This document shows positions 7,954 to 15,806 of a DNA stretch of 24,000 nt, piece after piece (the first letter of the stretch is position 1; every line of letters begins with the position of its first letter). The notes beneath the pieces are model-generated. The model saw nothing but the letters and a program-made list of their open reading frames with translations. It made no database searches and was not told where the DNA came from. The translations under genes and the position numbers were made by a program. This DNA comes from Candidatus Kapaibacterium sp. (GTDB lineage Bacteria; Bacteroidota; Ignavibacteria; Kapaibacteriales; UBA2268), in assembly GCA_963678775.2 (NCBI GenBank), contig CAXXGR010000008.1:272632-296631 (forward strand), in the 5' to 3' direction.

Positions 7954-7985
7954 GTCGTTCTTCGAAAGTGGAGCGGCTTTTTTTT
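7954..7985 (+). terminator. rho-independent terminator after nrdJ
   Basis: GTCGTTC (7954-7960) pairs with GAGCGGC (7971-7977), giving 7 bp with two G-U pairs and a 10-nt loop. A T8 run follows at 7978-7985. Confidence 0.55.
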
Positions 7986-8087
7986 ATGCAGTATTCTTCA
8001 ATACATAATTATAATTAGTTATTTCTTAATTTTACAGTTATATTGCAAGCTATTAATATAAAATGATTTATTTCTTGAGGGAACTAA

Positions 8088-8441
8088 ATGTACTATTTAA
8101 TCAATCCTTTTAAAAATATTTTCAATTATTCCGGTAGAGCATCCAGAAAGGAATTTTGGATGTTTCAGCTTTACTATTTTATTCTATATATCTTACTGAT
8201 TTTCCCTTTAAGTTTCATAATTATGCTATTTGATACTGATATAGATAATCTTTCAGATATATTTTTCTTTGGTTTCCTTATATTACACAGTATTGTTAAT
8301 TTATCTATATCTGTTAGAAGAATTCACGATTTAAATAAAAGTGCGAGTTATTTGTTTTATAGTTTTATTCCTTTGGTGGGACATACAATAGACGAACCGC
8401 ATTATAAGTTCAGCAATAAAAGCAGGTACACTTTATGGTAA
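8088..8441 (+). CDS. DUF805-family membrane protein with aberrant/truncated C-terminus
   Basis: It has the N-terminal GRASRKEFW motif, hydrophobic segments and the SVRRIHDLNKS loop motif typical of DUF805 (YhaH/YhaI-like). After IPLVG the sequence diverges, lacking the usual hydrophobic segment and the G.N.YG.DP end. GAGGGA lies upstream of the ATG. Confidence 0.6.
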   Translation: MYYLINPFKNIFNYSGRASRKEFWMFQLYYFILYILLIFPLSFIIMLFDTDIDNLSDIFFFGFLILHSIVNLSISVRRIHDLNKSASYLFYSFIPLVGHTIDEPHYKFSNKSRYTLW

Positions 8442-9043
8442 AAGCTTCAATAGTAATCCTAATTCTTACTTTAGCACTGCAGGGTTGTGTATTCGATATT
8501 GCAGGATTCGTAATTAGAGGAGGAAGAGCTCCATTAGGAAAGCTTGAATATTTAAATAAGTACACAGATTCAGTGAAAGCGTTGGCAAAACCTTTAAGAA
8601 CTGATGGATATTATTATGCTATTGGGTCACGCTATACTTTAGACACAAAACACGATTATATGATATTGGTCCTATATTATGATGGAACAGTTTTTGTAGA
8701 ATCATGGTATGATCCTGACGGTGAATATGTAGCAGATTTTTCTGAAAGTAATGTTGAATATTTAATTCAAAAAAATAGAAATTTTCGAGCGACCTGGGGT
8801 GCATACATAATAGAAAAAGACAGTATCAAATTTCAATATTATACACCTAGTGATAATATTTTCTGTGATTTTTTGAGAACCTATAAAGGCACTATCATAA
8901 ATGATTCCACAATACACTTTAAATATTATCATGATACGAAGTGTGGTGGTTCTTATCCAAAGAAAGGACAAATTGATTTCGAGTTCAAATTCTTTCCAAT
9001 GGAAAACAAACCGGACTCAAGTAATACCTTTTTGTTTAAATGA
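8435..9043 (+). CDS. hypothetical lipoprotein
   Basis: The N-terminus MVKASIVILILTLALQGC is a signal peptide with a lipobox-like LQGC. The start overlaps the upstream stop by 7 nt. No family recognised. Confidence 0.6.
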   Translation: MVKASIVILILTLALQGCVFDIAGFVIRGGRAPLGKLEYLNKYTDSVKALAKPLRTDGYYYAIGSRYTLDTKHDYMILVLYYDGTVFVESWYDPDGEYVADFSESNVEYLIQKNRNFRATWGAYIIEKDSIKFQYYTPSDNIFCDFLRTYKGTIINDSTIHFKYYHDTKCGGSYPKKGQIDFEFKFFPMENKPDSSNTFLFK

Positions 9044-9062
9044 TAAAAAATGAGATAAATCT

Positions 9063-9272
9063 ATGAAACACAAAAAACTAGTCATAATGCTACTATTAGC
9101 ATTGCTGCAAACTTCGAGTTTGCTTGCGCAGCACACGATAACTTTCGGCTATGACGCTGCCGGAAATAGGAATCAAGTAAATTCTCCTATTTCATGCTTA
9201 GAAATTGATTGCCCCTGCCCGGATAATACCGACGGGTGGTTAGTGTTGGATGCTACACAACAAGAGGCATAA
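9063..9272 (+). CDS. small secreted protein with a single YD (Rhs-type) repeat and a Cys cluster; possible Rhs remnant
   Basis: The signal peptide is MKHKKLVIMLLLALLQTSSLLAQ. ITFGYDAAGNRNQV then matches the YDxxGR/N YD-repeat core, followed by SCLEIDCPCPD. Only 69 aa long. Confidence 0.45.
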   Translation: MKHKKLVIMLLLALLQTSSLLAQHTITFGYDAAGNRNQVNSPISCLEIDCPCPDNTDGWLVLDATQQEA

Positions 9273-9728
9273 GTTTCGTATTTTTTCTAGCTATTATTTT
9301 TTTAATAGCTATTGACCCCGTTGGCACTTGGGGACCAAAATATAATCAAGATGTTATTTCACAAAATATTGGCGGTAAATTAGTTCTTGATATATGTTAT
9401 ACAGCAGATCACCATGATTGGGATTATAACGAATTATATTTTTCCTGAGGCTCTTGCAGATGATGGTCATTCTCTAGGAATCAGTATAGGAGTTATCATT
9501 TTTATGGTAATTCTATTGCCGGACTTTTCCATAAATCTTTCTCTCACAGTAAGAAGACTTCATGATATTAACAAAGAAGGTACTTATGTGTTATGGAGTT
9601 TTGTTCCGCTTGTAGGTGGAATAATACTATTGATGGCATTGATCGAATCAGGTGATATAGGCAAAAACTACTATGGTGAAGATCCAAGAGATATAAGAAG
9701 AAAGAAACAAAATATAGAAAATTTTTAA
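9236..9728 (+). pseudogene. chimeric/frameshifted remnant: a TM segment and the start of the unrecognised domain joined to the C-terminal half of a DUF805 protein
   Basis: Two overlapping ORFs lie in different frames. ORF 9236-9448 encodes FVFFLAIIFLIAI...VISQNIGGKLVL, which resembles the TM plus TISQSIGGELLY block of the 17450-18547 protein. ORF 9387-9728 encodes only the DUF805 C-terminal half (TVRRLHDINKEG...VPLVGGIILL...GKNYYGEDP) and lacks the GRAxRxEYW N-terminus. Confidence 0.5.
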
Positions 9729-9736
9729 AAGTGGCT

Positions 9737-9768
9737 AAGGATATCCGAATAAATAGATATCTTTTTTT
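9737..9768 (+). terminator. rho-independent terminator
   Basis: AAGGATATC (9737-9745) pairs with GATATCTTT (9756-9764) across a 10-nt loop. The stem runs into a T-tract ending at 9768. Confidence 0.55.
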
Positions 9769-10015
9769 CTCATGAACTAATTTTTCATATCTGTGTACTT
9801 ATTTTATGTCAGGGAAATAATACTTATCCATTCGACATATTTTCTTTTTCAAAGGGGCTTTTAAGTAATCTTTATTCCTTATGCTGGTACTCAGGATTTA
9901 GGAGGTGTATGCTTGTATCCGAACTTCACATGAGGCAGGTATTTTTTTGATTTGAATAACAATGCAGTAGGTGGTTGTAAATACTATTGTTGTCAATTAT
10001 TTTCAGAGGAAGATT

Positions 10016-11362
10016 ATGCAAAGATTTGATTTTAAAAACAACGTCATGTTCAAAGTTGTAGTTATTGCAGCCCTTATTATTATCCTTCAGTTCCCTAATG
10101 CTTTGGTAAGATCTCTTATTCATGAAAGGGAAGAGATTCATCAGAATGCTGTTATGGAAGTCAGCAAAAAATGGGGGACCGGGCAGACTATCACCGGGCC
10201 TTATATTTCTATTCCTTATGACAGAGTTATCACTAATAGGGGTGCTTATACTGACACTACTGCAAGCATCGAGATTAAAAAAGAGTTCTTATACATTCTG
10301 CCGGAAAAGCTTAAAATCAATGGAAAACTTAAGCCAGAAGAGCGCTACCGTGGGCTTCATGACGTTGTAGTATACGAATCGGATATTAAGCTGGAAGGAG
10401 CATTTAAACCATTGGAACTGTCTGCTATGGACTTAGATATAAGACGCGTTCATTTCAACAAAGCGCAACTTAATGTCGGGATTTCTGATTTGAAAGGGAT
10501 AGAAAAGCAGATAAAGCTAAAGTGGAATGACACACAGGAGTTCTTTAATTCCGGCTTAACTACTAACGACATTGTCCGCTCCGGCATAAGCGTACCTATT
10601 GATGTTTCTGACACCTATAGCAATGGCTATAATTTTTCACTTAGTCTGGATCTAAAAGGCAGTCAGGACGTATTTTTTGCACCTCTGGGTAAGACTACAG
10701 ATGTATACCTCCAATCATCATGGAAGCACCCAAGCTTTGCCGGAGAGTATCTGCCTGACTCAAGGACTATCAATGAAAATGGCTTTAAAGCCCACTGGAA
10801 CATACTCCACCTAAATAGAAATTATCCGCAAATGTGGACTAATGATAAATATAAAGTTGGTAAAAGTCTATTCGGTGCTAATCTGTTGCTCGCCGTTGAC
10901 AGATACAAAAAATCCGACAGGGTTGCCAAATACTCAATCTTATTTATAAGCTTAACTTTTATGGTATTTTTCTTTGTAGAGATTTTAAATAAATCGTACA
11001 TACACCCTATTCAGTATTTACTTGTAGGTACGGCGCTAATAATATTTTATACTTTGCTGCTATCATTCAGTGAGCACATGCTATTTAATGTAGCTTACCT
11101 GCTTGCATCACTGCTCACTTTACTTCTGATTTGCGGATATACCTTGGCGATACTCAAATCTAAGCAAGTCAGTCTTCTGATGCTTGGCATATTGACAATA
11201 CTTTACGGTTTCATCTTTACTATTATCTCTATGCAGGAATATTCACTAATAATCGGCAGTATAGGCTTATTTATGATACTTGCCATTGTGATGTATTTCT
11301 CTCGCAAAATAGACTGGTATGAAATAAAGCTAGGTGGAAAATTGAAACAGGATATAGAATAA
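10016..11362 (+). CDS. creD: cell envelope integrity inner-membrane protein CreD
   Basis: It has an N-terminal TM, then FPNALVRSLIHEREEIHQNAVMEVSKKWGTGQTITGPYISIPY, a CreD-type periplasmic domain start, and a C-terminal cluster of TM helices. The track start is GTG 9971. ATG 10016 with AGAGGA upstream is preferred. Confidence 0.85.
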   Translation: MQRFDFKNNVMFKVVVIAALIIILQFPNALVRSLIHEREEIHQNAVMEVSKKWGTGQTITGPYISIPYDRVITNRGAYTDTTASIEIKKEFLYILPEKLKINGKLKPEERYRGLHDVVVYESDIKLEGAFKPLELSAMDLDIRRVHFNKAQLNVGISDLKGIEKQIKLKWNDTQEFFNSGLTTNDIVRSGISVPIDVSDTYSNGYNFSLSLDLKGSQDVFFAPLGKTTDVYLQSSWKHPSFAGEYLPDSRTINENGFKAHWNILHLNRNYPQMWTNDKYKVGKSLFGANLLLAVDRYKKSDRVAKYSILFISLTFMVFFFVEILNKSYIHPIQYLLVGTALIIFYTLLLSFSEHMLFNVAYLLASLLTLLLICGYTLAILKSKQVSLLMLGILTILYGFIFTIISMQEYSLIIGSIGLFMILAIVMYFSRKIDWYEIKLGGKLKQDIE

Positions 11363-11393
11363 ATATTTAAGTTATGTTGAGTTGAGATATTTG

Positions 11394-11423
11394 CCCCGTG
11401 CAGCCGCACGGGGTGTGTTTTTT
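11394..11423 (+). terminator. rho-independent terminator after creD
   Basis: Perfect 8-bp GC-rich stem CCCCGTGC / GCACGGGG with loop AGCC, followed by TGTGTTTTTT. Confidence 0.85.
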
Positions 11424-11482
11424 AATCGAATATTAAAAATTATTTTAATAGATTTATACAATCTTTTATATTAGGAAAATAT

Positions 11483-11680
11483 ATGAGTCTTTCAATAAAT
11501 CTTGAAATGAAAATGCACAACGATTCTAATTTAGAACAAAACCAAACACCTACAAACAATGCATCAAAGAAAGTTGATTTAGTTACACTTTTAGATGATA
11601 TAGACCAAGGTGAAATATATAAAGAGTTCGAAACCGGTAATGATGTTGGTAATGAGATTTTAGAAACGGAAAAAATATGA
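11483..11680 (+). CDS. small acidic hypothetical protein (65 aa)
   Basis: AGGAAA lies 6 nt upstream of the ATG. The stop overlaps the next start (ATGA at 11677-11680). The C-terminal half is Asp/Glu-rich. No family recognised. Confidence 0.5.
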   Translation: MSLSINLEMKMHNDSNLEQNQTPTNNASKKVDLVTLLDDIDQGEIYKEFETGNDVGNEILETEKI

Positions 11681-12612
11681 AGGAAATTTTCAATTTAATT
11701 TATATCATAGCTATACACATTGTATGTTTGCCAATATTATATGTTTTTATATATTTTACTTTTACGAATACTCTTAGATTATTCTTGATTTCGGATATTA
11801 GATTGAAACCAATCTTATCTAAACCTTTTGGTATTGTCGGCATTTGTTTAGTTGAGTATTTTCTGATATTAGCGGATATACCAGATGAAATTACGAACCT
11901 ATTTATGTTTCTAAATGTAATTTTAGCTACTAATATTTTATTCTACAAAATTATTCTAAGTGCAAGAAAAAAAAATGGAAGACCTTTTTTAATTGCACAT
12001 TTAGGAACTGCAGTTGTTCTATTGCAGACATTGATTGCATTTACCGTTTCAGCATATTTAGATAAAACCAGTCCAAATGAATACTACGACGGTAAACCTA
12101 CGATTGATATCATAAAGCAGGATATTGGAGGATATTTAAGAGTTGAAAAAGTATCAGATATCTATGATTCTTGGAATATCAAGACTAAATACATGTATAT
12201 TACTCTTTCCAACGATACTTTGAAACTTGGTGAAGGATACTTCTATCAAATTTGGCAACCACCTATTAATCAGATTTATAAATACAAAAACTGGTATTTA
12301 TTGCCTTCATCAGAGCGAAAGGAATCAAAATTGATAATGTGGAATTTGGAAACTGAAGCAATAAAAAATTGGATTCTATCAGAAGATGATATTATTGACA
12401 CTGAAATATGGCAAGATAACGAACCAGACAGTTATGAGAATAATACAGACAAATCTTGTAATTTTATATCAAAAATTAAAGACAACATCGTTTTTATTAG
12501 ATACGAATATAAATCTTTAGACTCTGAAATTGAAGAAGATTCCCGTATACTAAAATATAAAATCGATCAGCAGACTGGTGATTTAACTTTGATTGATGTC
12601 ATTGAGGAGTAA
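11677..12612 (+). CDS. membrane protein: about 4 TM helices plus an unrecognised soluble C-terminal domain (shared with the 17450-18547 product)
   Basis: Four hydrophobic segments lie in aa 1-128. Three blocks in aa 131-311 are collinear with the C-terminus of the 17450-18547 protein: IIKQDIGGYLRVEKVS vs TISQSIGGELLYNMKIT, NWYLLPSSERKESKLIMWNL vs EWFIIPVNEDLSAQLLMYNF, and ILKYKIDQQTGDLTLIDV vs YVVYQIDEESGELSYYDM. Confidence 0.65.
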   Translation: MKEIFNLIYIIAIHIVCLPILYVFIYFTFTNTLRLFLISDIRLKPILSKPFGIVGICLVEYFLILADIPDEITNLFMFLNVILATNILFYKIILSARKKNGRPFLIAHLGTAVVLLQTLIAFTVSAYLDKTSPNEYYDGKPTIDIIKQDIGGYLRVEKVSDIYDSWNIKTKYMYITLSNDTLKLGEGYFYQIWQPPINQIYKYKNWYLLPSSERKESKLIMWNLETEAIKNWILSEDDIIDTEIWQDNEPDSYENNTDKSCNFISKIKDNIVFIRYEYKSLDSEIEEDSRILKYKIDQQTGDLTLIDVIEE

Positions 12613-12614
12613 AA

Positions 12615-13136
12615 TTGGATTTATTTTGGGAAATAATATACTGGTCAGGCTTGCATCTTGCATTTGCCTATCCCCTATTCCTTTTTTTTAAGATAAGCAT
12701 TACTATACTTAATGCAATTGAAGCAGAAGGTTCAAACAAAAGGAGACAGAGAATTTATTTGATTCTGTGTTGCTTAGCTGTGCTTACAATCGAAGCTCTG
12801 GTCTTCACTAAAGCCCTTCCACATTGGCTGATGATGCTACAGATATTTATAAATCTGATGATTCCCAGTTTCCTGATTTACAGCAAGATGCACGACAAAC
12901 AAAGAGAGCAAAAATTGAAAGAAAATGGGAATGTGTTTATCATAACTTTGATTTATATTCCACTAATTGCTCTCAGCATGGGTGTGGCATTTGCTGTTAC
13001 TATATTTATGATGGACTTAACTAATAAAATGGATACTAGAAACTGTGAATTTCAAATCATTCTGCCATCTTACCCGCCATTTACAAGGGAGGGTCGGTTT
13101 TCCATAGGAAAAGCGGGGTGGGTTTTAACGCTCTAA
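12615..13136 (+). CDS. membrane protein (about 4 TM), tandem paralogue of the TM module of the preceding gene, without the soluble domain
   Basis: TTG start with GAGGAG 5 nt upstream, inside the end of the previous gene. TM3 plus the basic loop (LQIFINLMIPSFLIYSKMHDKQ...) parallels LFMFLNVILATNILFYKIILSARKK of the upstream protein. The C-terminal 40 aa are non-homologous and overlap a G-rich structured stretch. Confidence 0.5.
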   Translation: MDLFWEIIYWSGLHLAFAYPLFLFFKISITILNAIEAEGSNKRRQRIYLILCCLAVLTIEALVFTKALPHWLMMLQIFINLMIPSFLIYSKMHDKQREQKLKENGNVFIITLIYIPLIALSMGVAFAVTIFMMDLTNKMDTRNCEFQIILPSYPPFTREGRFSIGKAGWVLTL

Positions 13137-13241
13137 ACTATCCCTCCAAAAAACCACGTACACACTCTCTTATTTTATGCATGCCTGTTAAATTTTGCGT
13201 ATATTATAAAATATCATTAATTATATAATTACACAAAAAAC

Positions 13242-15806
13242 ATGGCAAAAGATAAATATATCAATGATCAAGCTGCAACTACCGATGACTTCGGTACGCA
13301 CGCCAATATAGCCACCACCCTACTAGACACAATCGCAGATGAAGATAATAAGCCAATGACTATAGGTCTGGAAGGCTCCTGGGGCTCAGGTAAGTCCACT
13401 GTTGTGAATTTGATGTTTGAGGGAATAAAGAACGGTTTTATCGAATCTAAAACGGCTGAAGAAAACTCTGATTCTCAAAAAAATGAAACTTGGAAAAACA
13501 TCGAATACTTTTATATAGATGTTTGGCAGCACGAGCACTCTTGTATTAAGAGGGCAATTTTGCATGAGATGATAAAGACTTTGAAAAAAAAAGAAATTTA
13601 CAAAGGTCTTGATCCAATAGAAAAAGAACTGCACGGAACAACTACTAAGACATTCGTCACACCCTTTAGTATAATTCTTGCTTTTGCTGTAGTTGTAATT
13701 CCACTTATCGCAGCAATTTTGAATAATGCAGATTTAAATAATCTAACCTGGGAATTTACTGGATCGTTCGAAATAAATCTGATTGTTAGTATTGTATTAC
13801 TTGTTGCTTCTATTGGTGTTTTATTTAAATGCACTCCTAAACTCCTAAACATAACTGATAGATTTAAAAATAAAGATAACAAAAAAGAATTCCTTCTAGT
13901 TGAACAAACAACTACGACCTTTGAAAATTCTTCAATCGAGTTCAGTAGACACTTTAATGATATATTAGAAGTAGTAAATGGACAAAACAGTAAAAAGAAA
14001 ACCCTAATAGTCTTCGACAATCTCGACCGCATAGATGAAAAGAAAGCCAAAGAAATGTGGGCAGAGCTTCAAGTATTTATGCAGTATAGAAACCCGGGGG
14101 CAACTGAAGAAGAAAAAGAAGAACGCCCGTGGATTATTATTCCTTATGATTTAGATGGAATAAGGAAGATTTGGGGAGAGGAAGATGAGAAAAAGGCTTA
14201 CTCTAAAGAAGAACTAAATAAGAGACTTGAACTTCTTATCAATGATCGTGAAAGTAATCCAATTAAATCTTTTTTAGATAAAACTTTTTCTTTTAGAGTT
14301 CATGTGCCAAAGCAAATTACTAGTTACTGGAATTTTTACTTAGACAAATTTTCATGCAATTCCCCAGCGTCTATTCCTAGCATCGAATATCATATCACCT
14401 TAAAAGAAGCAGAAGATAATGAAGACTATTTTAGTGACGATAAAATTTTCAAAACAATTAAAAAAGTAATAGAATTTAAAGATCTTCAAAGCATAAGTAA
14501 ACCAATAAAACCGCGGGAAATAAATGATATTTTAAATACAGTAATTTTCTATAGAAATTTGATCTGTAAAATTAAAAACCACTCAATTTCTATTGAATCA
14601 TTATGCTTCTTTGCTTATCACTATTCTAGAAACGGACATTTGACACAAGAAGACAAACTTAATGTTGCCTATATCTCTGATCAGCAAATTTTAAAAAATA
14701 ATTTTCCAGTATATAAAGAAATAGACTATAATTTAAATTTAGATGCGATAGACTATCAACTTGACTTAACGAGTACAATAGAAATTACAATGGTTGACTT
14801 AATCCCAAACTATAAAAACAGTGGTAATAGATCTATCTGCTTAGATAAACTCTCTGATCTTGAAAATCAATTTAGCAATCTATTTTGGAAGAGAATACAT
14901 TCTTTTCTAACTTATGGGAATGATTTCAATACATATATCTGTTATTCTAATATACTAATGTTTTTCCACTCTAAATACAATGCATTTCATAATGATATTT
15001 ATCAGTGTTTATGTCTGCTAAATGATTTATTTATAAAGCAAAATATATCAACAATAGCTTTCAATAAATCTGGGAAAAACTACCTAAAATTAATTCATCA
15101 ATATAATATTGCAGATAACAACACAGATTTCCTCAATAAAGTCTTGAACGCATACAAAAAATGGATCCTCGAAACATGGCACAACAAAAGCAATAGTCTT
15201 GTCGATTTTAATATTTATTTAGAAATTTTTTCTATTGCAAAAATGCTTGATAAAGATTTTGTTATTAATATTAATTATAAAAACTATAATATGCTAATAG
15301 GAGCAATAATTGTACAAAAGATTATACTTCGTAACTTTTTTAACCTCGAAGAAAACAACTTTTACCCACAAAATGAGAAAACTATTGATCAAATTGGAAA
15401 AGTACGACTAACTGATTTAGTATTAGTGATTTTATTTACTAATGAATATAATAAGGAGTTTTTACAAAAGATATCTGAAGAAATATTAAAGATATTAAAA
15501 TATGCAGTAAAAAATGCTGAATACGAATCATTTGCTCATTTGTTAATAAGCATTTGGGAGTCTTTTAAAATCTTCTCACAGGCAAAAATACCAAATGATA
15601 CACCTTTGACAAATTTATTTCGAAAAGTATTATTGCATCAAATTACTTGGAAATATATTGATTTTTGTAATAATATTTTAGAGATGGAGGAGTTTAAAAT
15701 TATACCTGACATACTGGATGCTGACTCAAGTAATATCTCTGAATCCATAAAAAAAAGTGATCTAAATAGAGCTATTTTAAATCGCATAAAAATAGGGAAA
15801 CAATAG
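13242..15806 (+). CDS. KAP-family P-loop NTPase with a transmembrane hairpin inserted in the NTPase domain
   Basis: Walker A is GLEGSWGSGKST (aa 42-53) and Walker B is TLIVFDNLDRID (aa 254-265). Two hydrophobic helices (about aa 141-160 and 178-195) lie between them, as in KAP NTPases. YIDVWQHEH matches the family's conserved W after Walker A. A long helical C-terminal region follows. Confidence 0.82.
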   Translation: MAKDKYINDQAATTDDFGTHANIATTLLDTIADEDNKPMTIGLEGSWGSGKSTVVNLMFEGIKNGFIESKTAEENSDSQKNETWKNIEYFYIDVWQHEHSCIKRAILHEMIKTLKKKEIYKGLDPIEKELHGTTTKTFVTPFSIILAFAVVVIPLIAAILNNADLNNLTWEFTGSFEINLIVSIVLLVASIGVLFKCTPKLLNITDRFKNKDNKKEFLLVEQTTTTFENSSIEFSRHFNDILEVVNGQNSKKKTLIVFDNLDRIDEKKAKEMWAELQVFMQYRNPGATEEEKEERPWIIIPYDLDGIRKIWGEEDEKKAYSKEELNKRLELLINDRESNPIKSFLDKTFSFRVHVPKQITSYWNFYLDKFSCNSPASIPSIEYHITLKEAEDNEDYFSDDKIFKTIKKVIEFKDLQSISKPIKPREINDILNTVIFYRNLICKIKNHSISIESLCFFAYHYSRNGHLTQEDKLNVAYISDQQILKNNFPVYKEIDYNLNLDAIDYQLDLTSTIEITMVDLIPNYKNSGNRSICLDKLSDLENQFSNLFWKRIHSFLTYGNDFNTYICYSNILMFFHSKYNAFHNDIYQCLCLLNDLFIKQNISTIAFNKSGKNYLKLIHQYNIADNNTDFLNKVLNAYKKWILETWHNKSNSLVDFNIYLEIFSIAKMLDKDFVININYKNYNMLIGAIIVQKIILRNFFNLEENNFYPQNEKTIDQIGKVRLTDLVLVILFTNEYNKEFLQKISEEILKILKYAVKNAEYESFAHLLISIWESFKIFSQAKIPNDTPLTNLFRKVLLHQITWKYIDFCNNILEMEEFKIIPDILDADSSNISESIKKSDLNRAILNRIKIGKQ

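Noticed and set aside
8619-8971. Minor ORFs in accessory regions: 8619-8804(-), 8762-8971(-), 9926-10141(-), 10122-10370(+), 11203-11409(-), 12824-13024(+) and 18645-18848(+).
   Set aside because: They overlap better-supported ORFs (lipoprotein, creD, 4TM protein, AAA_14) or terminator sequence. They have no start context and no motifs.
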